A stretch of 64,000 nt of DNA from an uncultured Phascolarctobacterium sp. (lineage in GTDB: Bacteria > Bacillota > Negativicutes > Acidaminococcales > Acidaminococcaceae). Location: contig CAJKLD010000002.1 in assembly GCA_905200645.1 (NCBI GenBank), positions 24,917 through 88,916 of the forward strand. The letters run 5' to 3'. A program made the position numbers and the translations under genes. Shown piece after piece: positions 43,629-53,093 of the stretch (position 1 is its first letter; each line of letters starts with the position of its first letter). The notes beneath the pieces are model-generated. The model searched no databases and was not told the DNA's origin. It was given only the letters and a program-made list of their open reading frames with translations.

Positions 43629-44058
43629 CCCTTTTCACAATTGCGTCTAAAAGATTTATAATGGTCATCATAACGCAGATAGCAACGCCGATTTCAATAA
43701 GGAAAATGCCCATAGCGTGCATTTCGTGCTTTGGCTCCAAAACAATCGGCATATAATCATAATTCAGGAAAAAATCTGCGCCGCCAAAAATTGTCAGCCA
43801 GCCTGTAAAAGCATACAGGAAAGTGCCGACGCCGGCCAAAACCACGGATGTTTTGCCCAAAACATTAAATTTTGTATCAAAGCCCAAAATCAAACGAGCT
43901 AACAGCACGCCCACCGCCAAGAGCGCACCGGCCTGGAAGCCGCCGCCCGGAGAATATTCGCCCAAGCATAAGACATATACGCCGTACACGATAGTAAAGG
44001 GCACCAGCATACGAAAGGCCACATTAAGGATGAGGCCACCAAATGGTTCTTTCATCAT
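43603..44058 (-). CDS. MrpB-like subunit (151 aa)
   Basis: Conserved MnhB-domain motif SPGGGFQAG. Confidence 0.65.
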   Translation of the reverse strand: MMKEPFGGLILNVAFRMLVPFTIVYGVYVLCLGEYSPGGGFQAGALLAVGVLLARLILGFDTKFNVLGKTSVVLAGVGTFLYAFTGWLTIFGGADFFLNYDYMPIVLEPKHEMHAMGIFLIEIGVAICVMMTIINLLDAIVKRGEDDGSAQ

Positions 44059-44381
44059 TTGATAATCTCTCCTTCCTCCGGATCCTCCGGTTCCTCTTCA
44101 GGACGGCGGCCAACCGGATTGCTGGTCAAAACCAGCACTGTGGTCAAGCCTGCCAAAAACATTACCGAAGTTTCCCACATGGTATCAAAGCCTCTGTAAT
44201 CGATGATGACACCGGTTACAATGTTAGGTGAGCCTGTATCTTCCGCACTGCGGGAAATATAGGTTGGGGTAACATGCTGGTTAGGCGCCGTATTGGCATC
44301 ACCAATTTCCGGCAGATAGGTTACAACGGAACAGAACATGCCTGTCATAACCGCAAGAATAACTGCTACTAAGCCACGCAT
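44055..44381 (-). CDS. MnhB-related small subunit (108 aa, MbhE-like)
   Basis: Motif IVTGVIIDYRGFDTMWE, typical of MrpA-C-terminal/MnhB-related domains. Confidence 0.55.
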   Translation of the reverse strand: MRGLVAVILAVMTGMFCSVVTYLPEIGDANTAPNQHVTPTYISRSAEDTGSPNIVTGVIIDYRGFDTMWETSVMFLAGLTTVLVLTSNPVGRRPEEEPEDPEEGEIIK

Positions 44382-44623
44382 TATTTACACCACCTGTCAA
44401 TTTTTTTCAAAGAAGCTACGAAAAAGATCGTAGAAATAGTACCGATAACCGCTTCTGTAAAAGCCACGTCGGGAGACCCCATCATCAAATACAACAGCAC
44501 CGCGCAGAAGCTGAAGCCGCTGTAAATAATAGCCGCGCTCAAAATATCCTTACAGAAAATTACCGCGCAGGTAATCAAGATAAGGAAGATCAATAAAATC
44601 GCTTCAACTAAATATATCTGCAT
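44381..44623 (-). CDS. small membrane subunit (80 aa, DUF4040/MbhD-like)
   Basis: Two to three TM helices. The position and size match MbhD. Confidence 0.5.
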   Translation of the reverse strand: MQIYLVEAILLIFLILITCAVIFCKDILSAAIIYSGFSFCAVLLYLMMGSPDVAFTEAVIGTISTIFFVASLKKIDRWCK

Positions 44624-44624
44624 C

Positions 44625-45038
44625 TTATTTTTCCTCCTTTGTTCTTATATGCCCGACCGGTTCATCGGCGCTGTGATTATTTTTTTCCAACCCTACCAGT
44701 TTTTTAGCGCCCTTACTCTTTAATGTCCAAACAGGATGTCCGGATTTATAAGCAGCCTTGCTCAAAATATGAGAACCAATAGGGTTAGCCATAAAGACAA
44801 TCAGGAAAGCAAACGCCATCTTCACTGCTGTCAGCGTCGGACCTTCATAAATGATAAGGCCGATAAAAGAAAGAGTACAGCCAAGCGTTTCACTATTGCC
44901 GGAGGCATGAATTCTGCTGTAAAAGTCCGGCAGGCGCAGCATACCAATAGCAGAACCGATAAAGAAAATTAAGCCGCCAAAAATAAATAAAGCCGCTATA
45001 ACCTCTCTGAGAGAATTAAGACCGAATACCTCAATCAT
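44625..45038 (-). CDS. MrpG-like subunit (137 aa)
   Basis: Motif LRLPDFYSRIHASG, characteristic of MnhG/MrpG. Confidence 0.7.
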   Translation of the reverse strand: MIEVFGLNSLREVIAALFIFGGLIFFIGSAIGMLRLPDFYSRIHASGNSETLGCTLSFIGLIIYEGPTLTAVKMAFAFLIVFMANPIGSHILSKAAYKSGHPVWTLKSKGAKKLVGLEKNNHSADEPVGHIRTKEEK

Positions 45039-45304
45039 ATATTTTTACCTCCCAGATATTTTGCTACAATTACAGAACCTATAAAACCTAAAAAAGCATA
45101 AGAAATGGCGATATCAACATACATATCGGGGCGTCCGTCGATATAACCGAACAGCACCAGCAGCAAAATCGTGTCGGCGCCGATAACGCCTAAGCCATTC
45201 ATTCTGTCATAAATTGTCGGCCCATAAAACAGGCGCTGCAGCATAGTGCCAATCACAAAGATAATGGAAACCATTAGAATAAAAAATATCGTATTCATAA
45301 TCAT
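45035..45304 (-). CDS. MrpF-like subunit (89 aa)
   Basis: Three TM helices. MrpF-like size and position. Confidence 0.6.
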   Translation of the reverse strand: MIMNTIFFILMVSIIFVIGTMLQRLFYGPTIYDRMNGLGVIGADTILLLVLFGYIDGRPDMYVDIAISYAFLGFIGSVIVAKYLGGKNI

Positions 45305-45885
45305 TCCTCACTCTCCGCTACAGCAAAATCAAATTTTTCTCCATACAAATCGGCAACCTTTTTCTGCATAGAGCCGTCAAGCACACCGGCAGCCGCGCCC
45401 GTAGTCAGAGCGTGGATTTCGTACAAACCGTCGTCAGTAACATTGATTGTTACCGTACCCGGTGTCAATGTAATGGAGTTGGCCAATACCACTGCCGCCA
45501 TTGGGTTATCCGTTTTAAAATAAAAACGCACAACCTTGGGATCAATTTGCAGCTCCTGTGCCGTAGTTGCCACTAAAACATCAACATTAGCTACAATCAA
45601 CTGCCACATAAGCCAAAAGAAGTACATGATGAATTTAGGAATAGATACGCCAAAAACAAAGTACCTCTTACTGCCATCCTTATTTGAGACCAGCAGCAAA
45701 GGATATGTCAGCCAAACAGTTATAATTGCAGTAATAATGCCATAAACAACAAATTTGGTTTCCGTTCTTCCCGACAAAACCATCCAAAACCCAAAAAGCA
45801 CCAAACCAAGGGTCAGCTTATGTACTAAAGGCGAGCCCACAATATTATTGTTATTTAATACTCCCTGCTTTTCCACAGCTACCAC
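45301..45885 (-). CDS. MrpE-like subunit (194 aa)
   Basis: Motif LANSITLTPGT, characteristic of MnhE/MrpE. First gene of the cluster. Confidence 0.7.
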   Translation of the reverse strand: MVAVEKQGVLNNNNIVGSPLVHKLTLGLVLFGFWMVLSGRTETKFVVYGIITAIITVWLTYPLLLVSNKDGSKRYFVFGVSIPKFIMYFFWLMWQLIVANVDVLVATTAQELQIDPKVVRFYFKTDNPMAAVVLANSITLTPGTVTINVTDDGLYEIHALTTGAAAGVLDGSMQKKVADLYGEKFDFAVAESEE

Positions 45886-45985
45886 CTTTCTTTATATTAT
45901 TTTGTATAATCATCATACATATATACATTTGACAAGAAATTGTTTTTCCCTGCAAACATTGCCCTTGAAAATAAATTTATTTACA

Positions 45986-46789
45986 TTATGGCAATACAAG
46001 GCTTATTTCCCTAAATTCACAGTGCTCTACCGGCAGCATTCTCCCAGCCAAACGCTGTACACGCTCAATATCCGCCGTAGCGCAAACCGTAACCCTGCCC
46101 CTGCCTACTGCTTTAGCCAGCCCGGCCTCGTTTAAAGCCTGCATAGCCAAACGACTGGTAGCCTCCGCCGGGTCGATAACCGTTACTCCCGCGCCCAGCT
46201 CTGCCTCTATCTGCTCTTTGATAAACGGATAATGAGTACAGGATAAAATCAGCGCATCTACTCCGGCTTTTTTCAGTGGCGCCGCATATTCCGTAATCGC
46301 TTCCTTAAGCTCTGCGCTGTCAAACTTTTCGCCCTCAATTAATGGCACAAACTTTGCGCAGCCCACAGGAATGACCTCCGCCTTAGGGTCAGCCGCCAAA
46401 ATAGCTTTTTTGTGCGCTTCCGTGCCGATAGTAAAGGGCGTGGCAAAAACGCCGATTTTTTTCTTTTTGCTGGCCGCCAAGAGCAGCTGCTCGCCTTTAA
46501 ACATGCCTATGACAGGAAAGCCGTGCCCGCCCTTGAGGCTGTCAATGCCCAGCATGGTCAAGGTGTTGCAGGCCACAACTACTTCCTTAACGCCCTGCGC
46601 CGCGAGCCAGTCCAAAATCTCGCCCACAAAACCGCGGATTTCGCTTTCCGGCCTTGTACCATAAGGAGTTCGGGCCGTATCGCCCACATATATAAAATCC
46701 TCGTGGGGCAAAAGCTGATGCAGGCATTTCAAAACCGATAAGCCGCCCACGCCTGAATCTAACACGCCGATAGGTGCATTATTTTTCAT
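45986..46789 (-). CDS. murI: glutamate racemase
   Basis: 267 aa. N-terminal IGVLDSGVGGLSV and catalytic Cys motifs (VVACNT, ILSCTHYP). Confidence 0.95.
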   Translation of the reverse strand: MKNNAPIGVLDSGVGGLSVLKCLHQLLPHEDFIYVGDTARTPYGTRPESEIRGFVGEILDWLAAQGVKEVVVACNTLTMLGIDSLKGGHGFPVIGMFKGEQLLLAASKKKKIGVFATPFTIGTEAHKKAILAADPKAEVIPVGCAKFVPLIEGEKFDSAELKEAITEYAAPLKKAGVDALILSCTHYPFIKEQIEAELGAGVTVIDPAEATSRLAMQALNEAGLAKAVGRGRVTVCATADIERVQRLAGRMLPVEHCEFREISLVLP

Positions 46790-46948
46790 AATGAAAAACC
46801 TCCTTTACACGCTAGTATTATTATAGCACTAATAAACTGTCAAGCCAACAAATACCGTAGAAAATTAAAAACCGCCGATAAAACATCGACGGTTCTGTAT
46901 ATTAAGAGCAAAATTATTTTTGACAGTCAATGGCTTGACAAATAAATT

Positions 46949-47815
46949 TTACACAATGGTTCTGAGATACTCCATAAATTTATCACGCAAATCGTCGCGG
47001 CGCAGAGCGTATTCTACCGTAGCAGTTAAATAACCCAGCTTATCGCCCACGTCGTAACGGCGGCCCATAAAATCATAGGCATACATAGTCTGCTCTTTAG
47101 CCAGCACCTTTAAAGCGTCGGTCAGCTGGATTTCACCGCCGCGTCCCGGCTGAGTCTGCTCCAGAATATCAAAAATTTCCGGCATGATAACATAACGTCC
47201 CAAAACAGCCAGCTGACTGGGAGCTTCTTCTAAAGCGGGCTTTTCTACCATATCGTTCACTTTAAAAATACGCTTGTTGTCCGTCGGCACGCTGTCAACA
47301 ATGCCATAGGAAGAAACCTTTTCCTTAGGTACGGTCTGACAGCCCAAAACACTGCCGCCTGTGGCTTCATAAACGTCCATCAGCTGGCGCAGGCAGGGAT
47401 ATGCGTCGTTATAAACTACGTCATCGCCTAAAAGCACAGCAAAGGGCTCGTGCCCGATAAAAGCCTTCGCGCACAAAATTGCATGTCCCAACCCCCGCGG
47501 CTCTTTTTGCCGGATATAATGAATGTTGATGTCGGCAATATCTTTAACTTGTTGTAAAAGCTCCAGCTTACCGTGCTCTTCTAAATTCATTTCCAACTCC
47601 GGACTGCGGTCGAAATGATCCTCAATAGCGCGTTTAGTACGCCCGCTGATAATCAAAATATCGGTAATCCCGCTGGCCAGTGCTTCTTCGATAATATATT
47701 GAATAGTAGGCTTATCTACAATGGGCAGCATTTCTTTAGGGCAGGCTTTAGTGGCAGGCAAAAAGCGCGTACCCAACCCGGCAGCAGGAATAACAGCCTT
47801 CGTAATTTTTTGCAT
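46949..47815 (-). CDS. galU: UTP--glucose-1-phosphate uridylyltransferase
   Basis: KAVIPAAGLGTRFLPATKA...KEMLPIVDKP signature. Start set at MQKITKAV with RBS GGGAG. The ORF-track start is 47890. Confidence 0.9.
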   Translation of the reverse strand: MQKITKAVIPAAGLGTRFLPATKACPKEMLPIVDKPTIQYIIEEALASGITDILIISGRTKRAIEDHFDRSPELEMNLEEHGKLELLQQVKDIADINIHYIRQKEPRGLGHAILCAKAFIGHEPFAVLLGDDVVYNDAYPCLRQLMDVYEATGGSVLGCQTVPKEKVSSYGIVDSVPTDNKRIFKVNDMVEKPALEEAPSQLAVLGRYVIMPEIFDILEQTQPGRGGEIQLTDALKVLAKEQTMYAYDFMGRRYDVGDKLGYLTATVEYALRRDDLRDKFMEYLRTIV

Positions 47816-47911
47816 AATTTTCACTCCCAAAATTTTTTGCACAAGCTTTATATTGTATATTATTATACCACAGCGGCCAACATTAAACAAATAAAAGCAC
47901 TGCTGACTCTC

Positions 47912-48718
47912 TTACAAATAATTTAAGATTTCCTTAGCATGAGGCAAAATAATATCCGGTTTAATAGAACCATTATTCACATCCTCCATAGTTGCCTCTC
48001 CCGTAAGCACCATAATGGATAAAATGTCATTATTTAAACCAAAGGCAATATCCGTTGCCAAACGGTCGCCCACCATAGCAATTTCATCCTTGGCAAAGCC
48101 GGTTTTTTCCAGTACCACATCCACCATATATTGGTAAGGCTTGCCAAAAATCAACTGCGGCTCTTTGCCCGTAGCCGTTTTTATCAGCTCCAGCATAGCT
48201 CCAGTATCGGGAATAAATTCACCGCTCTCAATAGGACAACGCACATCCGGATGCGTAGCTACATAAGGCACGCCCTTGTCAATCAACCGGCAGGCAACAG
48301 CTAAGCGTTCGTAGGTCAGCGTTTGGTCAAAACCTACAACTACAAAATCCGTCGCGTCATTTACATTTTGCGTCAAGGTAAAGCCTGCTTCGCCGACGGT
48401 TGCTAAAAGCTGCGGCGTTCCCAAAACAAACAAGCGCGCCTGCGGTTTATTTTTTTGCAGCCAATTAGTCAGAGCATCGGAAGAAATCAAAATTTCTTTA
48501 CGTGTTACGGGAACGCCCAACCCATTCATCTTCTGCACATAATGCTCGTGACTGCGGGAAGAATTATTGGTCAGTAGATAATATTTTCTTCCTGCCGCTT
48601 TAAGCTTATCAAAAAAGCCCTCCATACCAGGAATCAGCTCGTTGCCTAAATTGATAGTTCCGTCCATATCAAACAAAAAACATTTTATTTTACGCATACG
48701 CTCATAAGCATAAATCAT
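47912..48718 (-). CDS. HAD-superfamily hydrolase, subfamily IIA (NagD/YutF-like)
   Basis: Motif I FLFDMDGT and IIA-type cap. Start set at MIYAYERM with RBS GGAGGT. The ORF-track start is 48766. Confidence 0.7.
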   Translation of the reverse strand: MIYAYERMRKIKCFLFDMDGTINLGNELIPGMEGFFDKLKAAGRKYYLLTNNSSRSHEHYVQKMNGLGVPVTRKEILISSDALTNWLQKNKPQARLFVLGTPQLLATVGEAGFTLTQNVNDATDFVVVGFDQTLTYERLAVACRLIDKGVPYVATHPDVRCPIESGEFIPDTGAMLELIKTATGKEPQLIFGKPYQYMVDVVLEKTGFAKDEIAMVGDRLATDIAFGLNNDILSIMVLTGEATMEDVNNGSIKPDIILPHAKEILNYL

Positions 48719-48879
48719 TAATAAATTACCTCCGTTCAGCTGACAGATTTTTCTTGTTAGGTACAATTATATAGCATTTCGCAGAATTTACCAATATGCG
48801 AGCGGGAAAACATCCCTATTGAAAAAAAATTATGCCGCCCTTCTTTTACAAACGACGGCATAATTTTTTAATATAAATT

Positions 48880-50127
48880 TTAAACATAATTTAAAGGATT
48901 AACCTGCTGCCCGCTTTTAATAACCTCAAAATGCAGATGCGGCCCGGTGCTGTAACCGCTGCTGCCTACATAGCCGATAATTTCACCCTTTTGCACATAG
49001 CTGCCTGCGCTCACCGCCAAACTGCTCATGTGGCCGTAGGCAGTTTTGATACCGTAATCGTGGCTGATAAGAATATATCTGCCGTAACCGCCATACCATT
49101 CCGCCTGCTGCACATAACCGGAAGCCGCCGCATATACGGGCGCTCCGTAATAATTGGCAATATCAATACCGGGATGCCAGTCGCTGCCGTAACCGCCAAA
49201 GGGATTGGCACGGCCGCCAAAATAAGAGGTAATCTCGCCGCCGGCGGTAGGCCACTGGCTGGGCGTAACATCCCTGCGGTAATTTTCATTTTCAATAGCC
49301 GTTAAAAGCTTTTCAAAATCAGCCTTTTTCGCCTTGGCCTCATTATGAATATTCTTTTCCTGCTCCAGCATATAACCCATGGGTGTACTGTCGCCTAAAG
49401 CAGGACCGCCTTTACCGGCATAAATACTGGCGTCGCTTTTTGGAGGCAGCTCGGCACCGTTTTTAGCCATTTCCTTACGCACCTTATCCTCTAGCTTAGA
49501 AAGATAAGCCAGCTGCTTTTGGTTCTTTTCGGCAATTTTCTGCAGCTCCTGAATAGTCTGTTCCTGCGCCTGCTTAGTTGCTTTATATTCGGCAATTTCC
49601 CGCATCTGCGCTTCGTTGCGAATAGCAAAATGCGCCAAAACGCCAATAGTTACCGAAACAATAACCACTAAAGCAGCCACGCCGCTGAAAGCATATTTTA
49701 ACTGCGTTTTTTTAACATGAGTTTTGGCAATATGGGAACCGTCGGCAGGAATCAGCCAAAAAGTAAAATGCTGGTTGTAGTGCCACATTTTGCGCCACAA
49801 AGCATAACGCTGCTGTAAGCGTACAGAATAATCCCTGGCATAAGCGTCAGCACGGTCTATCGCAGCCTGCATATGCCAACGCATCTTTTCATAAAGCTCG
49901 CACCACTTGGCGCTGATAAACTGCCGGGCGGCAGACATTTTTCTATCGGCACGCACGCGCAGCATGGCAAATTGCAGTTTAGCAACCGCCAGTAATATTT
50001 GCAGCTTTACTAAAAGCTGCTGCCAAACCGCATCGATTTTACCCTTGCATAACAGCTTTGCTTCTTGTATTTTTTGTGTAGACAATTGTATAATAAAATT
50101 AATTTGCCGAGCAATCTTTTCCTGCAT
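48880..50127 (-). CDS. M23-family peptidoglycan metalloendopeptidase with coiled-coil N-terminal region (EnvC-like)
   Basis: C-terminal LytM/M23 domain (HxxxD...HLHFE). TM segment near residue 150 and coiled-coil. The true start is uncertain and may be internal. Confidence 0.75.
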   Translation of the reverse strand: MQEKIARQINFIIQLSTQKIQEAKLLCKGKIDAVWQQLLVKLQILLAVAKLQFAMLRVRADRKMSAARQFISAKWCELYEKMRWHMQAAIDRADAYARDYSVRLQQRYALWRKMWHYNQHFTFWLIPADGSHIAKTHVKKTQLKYAFSGVAALVVIVSVTIGVLAHFAIRNEAQMREIAEYKATKQAQEQTIQELQKIAEKNQKQLAYLSKLEDKVRKEMAKNGAELPPKSDASIYAGKGGPALGDSTPMGYMLEQEKNIHNEAKAKKADFEKLLTAIENENYRRDVTPSQWPTAGGEITSYFGGRANPFGGYGSDWHPGIDIANYYGAPVYAAASGYVQQAEWYGGYGRYILISHDYGIKTAYGHMSSLAVSAGSYVQKGEIIGYVGSSGYSTGPHLHFEVIKSGQQVNPLNYV

Positions 50128-50336
50128 TACAAATCTCCTTAAGCGCTTATCACACCATTTCGCGCTCTACAACCCTTGTTAACAACAATATCAGCACTAT
50201 TTAAAAAAATGACAGTGATATTATACTACTTTCAGCAGCTTTAGTCAAAATTTTTTGCCAAACTCTGCCTGCGTTACAGCAGCCGTCTTTTTTCTATTTT
50301 TAGTAAATATATCTATAAAAGTTATAGCTTTCAATC

Positions 50337-50378
50337 AAAAAATTTATAGCCACGGGAGCAAACATATCCCGTGGCTAT
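50337..50378 (-). terminator. intrinsic terminator downstream of sigma-54 activator gene
   Basis: Hairpin AGCCACGGGA-gcaaacatat-CCCGTGGCT. Confidence 0.5.
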
Positions 50379-50397
50379 ATTGTAAAATTTTTACTTC

Positions 50398-52281
50398 TTA
50401 TTCACTTTTAGGTCCTAACCCGTATTTTTTCAGATAACGATACAAGGTTACGCGGCTTACATCCAACATAGAGGCCAGTTTGCTGATGTTGCCTCCCGCA
50501 GATTTCCAAGCGGCAATAAAGGCTTCTTTGTCGTATTTCCAAGAACGCTCCAAGGTTTTATCGCCGGGCAGCTTAATATTTTCCGCTTCGATAATGCTGC
50601 CGGGAGTATGGAAAAAGGCCTGCTCAATAACGCCCTGTAATTGCTTAATATTTCCGGGCCAGCTGCAATTAAGCAGCAAAGCAACTGCCTCCGGCGACAG
50701 ACGTTTCTGCGGCAGATTATGCTGCGCGCTCATCTCTACCAAAATATGTCCGGCAATAACCTCGATATCCTTTACACGTTCCCGCAGCGGCGGTACGCGC
50801 ATGGTAGTATCCAGTACCAGCTCATATAATTTGCGGCTGAAAAGTCCTTTATCTGCCAAACGTTTCAAGTTGGAATCGCAGGCAGCAATTACGCGCACGT
50901 CAAACATTCGGGGAGCACCGCCTTTTTTCACAGGCGGCAAGCCGTGAGTAAGTGCCTCTGCCAGCTTATCGCCCATTTCCAACGGCAGTTTTTCTACCTC
51001 GTCCAAGAATAACGTACCGCCAATAGCCAGCTCCAGCTTACCTGCCGACTGCTGCTCGCCCTCGTCGGCGCCAAAAAATTCTGTTTCCAGCTCCTGCAAG
51101 GAAGCGTTGCGGCATTTTACGGCAATCAGCGGCGCCGCAGCGCGGGGACTGGCCTGATGAATACCGTGAGCCAAACGCTGCTTTCCGGTACCCGGCTCGC
51201 CCTGCAAAAGAATATTGTTATCTGTGCGGGCAACGCGGCCTGCTTTATGCTGCAAAGCCAAAAATTCATTGGTTTCGCCCACCATGCTGTACAGGCTGTA
51301 ACGGCTGCTGTAACCGGTTGCGTGAGCGATAGTAGTTTTCAAATCTTCAATAGACATGGACAGCACTAACGCGCTTTCCACCTCGCTGCCTACTTTAATA
51401 GGCATAACGGTAGTGATGTCTTCGTAAGTTCTGTCCTGCGTAATCCAGGTAATTTCACGGCGTTGGGTAGGCACGCCCTTCAACGCTTTTTTAATGGGAA
51501 TATGCTCGTAATTTAAAAACACATCCTGCAGATGCTCGTGTCCGTCAAGACGCTTGCGCCCGTTTTCATTGCAGTATTTTACAGCGCCGTCTTTACCCAG
51601 CCAATATACTGTCACCGGCAGCTGCTCCATCATAATGCGGTTAATGGTCCAGGATTCCAGCATAGCCATGTGCTGCTCGATAGAATATTTCATAGTCAGC
51701 AGCAAGCTTAACAGCAAATCATAGGGCAAATCGTTTTGGTCCAAAGAAAAAAACGAAATAATATAGCGGATTTTGCCGTTAATGCAGATAGGCGCGCTAC
51801 AGGCGTCTCCGCTGTGGCTGTCCTTAATCCACATTTCGGGACCGAACATCAAAAACGGCACATTGTGCTCGCGGGCAACACTGATGCTGGAGGTGCCGAC
51901 ATCCTCTTCCAAAACGCGCATTCCTTGAATATCTTCAATAATGCGCTGGAAAAACGGCATGGCGTAATTTTTAATAACGTAACCGCTTTCGTCGATAAGC
52001 AGCATACTCAAATTATGAATATTAAAATGCTGCTTGCTCTGCTCATACAAGCCGTCCACATATTTAACAATAAACTCATGCGTTTTTTGGTGCTCGGCAA
52101 TCTCCTCGCGGCTCAGCTTATGAATTTTCGGCATAGTTTCATGCGGCAGATTCATCGCGCGGCAGCGAAGCCAGCTTTCTGCTACCCATGGATGCACATT
52201 GGGATCAACTATGCCCTCTTCCATAAACTTCTTATAATATGAAGCAAGCTTTTCTTTATTACGTCTTTCTCGAATCATCAA
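50398..52281 (-). CDS. sigma-54-dependent transcriptional activator (AAA+ enhancer-binding protein, Fis-type HTH)
   Basis: 627 aa. N-terminal sensory region, sigma-54 interaction domain (LLQGEPGTGKQRLA...), C-terminal HTH_8 (VSRVTLYRYLKKYG). No receiver domain. Confidence 0.85.
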   Translation of the reverse strand: MMIRERRNKEKLASYYKKFMEEGIVDPNVHPWVAESWLRCRAMNLPHETMPKIHKLSREEIAEHQKTHEFIVKYVDGLYEQSKQHFNIHNLSMLLIDESGYVIKNYAMPFFQRIIEDIQGMRVLEEDVGTSSISVAREHNVPFLMFGPEMWIKDSHSGDACSAPICINGKIRYIISFFSLDQNDLPYDLLLSLLLTMKYSIEQHMAMLESWTINRIMMEQLPVTVYWLGKDGAVKYCNENGRKRLDGHEHLQDVFLNYEHIPIKKALKGVPTQRREITWITQDRTYEDITTVMPIKVGSEVESALVLSMSIEDLKTTIAHATGYSSRYSLYSMVGETNEFLALQHKAGRVARTDNNILLQGEPGTGKQRLAHGIHQASPRAAAPLIAVKCRNASLQELETEFFGADEGEQQSAGKLELAIGGTLFLDEVEKLPLEMGDKLAEALTHGLPPVKKGGAPRMFDVRVIAACDSNLKRLADKGLFSRKLYELVLDTTMRVPPLRERVKDIEVIAGHILVEMSAQHNLPQKRLSPEAVALLLNCSWPGNIKQLQGVIEQAFFHTPGSIIEAENIKLPGDKTLERSWKYDKEAFIAAWKSAGGNISKLASMLDVSRVTLYRYLKKYGLGPKSE

Positions 52282-52322
52282 CTAACCCCTCCCCTGCTTA
52301 AGCAAGCAGATTATTTTTGCTG

Positions 52323-53042
52323 CTAAATTTCACCGTTAACTACTAAAACTCTGCGCGCGCCATAATAGCGCGTTTTCCAATAGCTGTCGCTTAAAGAGCA
52401 CAGCATAACGCCCTTAGACGAGGTCGCATTCCAAAATCTACCCTTGCCGGCATAAATGCCAACATGGGAAGCTCCCGGAGCATAAGTAGTAAAAAACACC
52501 AAATCGCCTGCTTTGAGCTGCTTTTGCGTAACAAAAACGCCCTCCAGCACCTGCGCATCCGCCGTTCTGGGCATGGACGCCTTACAGTTCTTAAACACAT
52601 ACTGCACATAACCAGAGCAGTCAAAGCCCTTAGGCGTAACGCCGCCAAATTTATAAGGCACGCCCTTATATTTAGCAGCCTGCTTAATTATGTCCTGTCC
52701 TTTGACATTGTTAATGCCGTTTTTGGCAAAAGCCTCCCAATTCAGCTTGCGGTAGGTAGCGTCGTCCAGCTTGCCGTGAGCCTTCAGCTTATACTGCTGC
52801 TGAAATTTTTTGAGTGCCGTTTCCGTAGCCGCGGTCATTTTGCCGCTGGGCTTTTCTTGATACAGCCCCAAAACCTGCAGCTTTTGCTGGGCAACCTTCA
52901 GCTTCCAGTTGCTTTGCTGCACTGTCACCTTGGCGGCAGACTTATGTGAAGTTTTCTTTTTGGCTTCTGCTCCAACCGGCAGCCAGCACAGCACAGCCGC
53001 CAAAGTCAGCAGCGCAATAAGCCTTCTGTGCATAAGCATCAC
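52323..53042 (-). CDS. NlpC/P60 (C40) peptidoglycan peptidase with peptidoglycan-binding domain
   Basis: Signal peptide, PG_binding_1-like repeat (LKKFQQQYKLKAHGKLDDATYRKL), and NlpC/P60 catalytic Cys in FDCSGYVQYVF. Confidence 0.85.
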   Translation of the reverse strand: MMLMHRRLIALLTLAAVLCWLPVGAEAKKKTSHKSAAKVTVQQSNWKLKVAQQKLQVLGLYQEKPSGKMTAATETALKKFQQQYKLKAHGKLDDATYRKLNWEAFAKNGINNVKGQDIIKQAAKYKGVPYKFGGVTPKGFDCSGYVQYVFKNCKASMPRTADAQVLEGVFVTQKQLKAGDLVFFTTYAPGASHVGIYAGKGRFWNATSSKGVMLCSLSDSYWKTRYYGARRVLVVNGEI

Positions 53043-53093
53043 ATCTTTCTCGAACGAGCGGCTAACCTACAAATAAATTAGCTTATTTTATCA

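Noticed and set aside
45755-46135. 126-aa plus-strand ORF overlapping murI end and the Mrp promoter region
   Set aside because: It overlaps the well-supported murI gene on the opposite strand. Pro/Ser-rich shadow frame.
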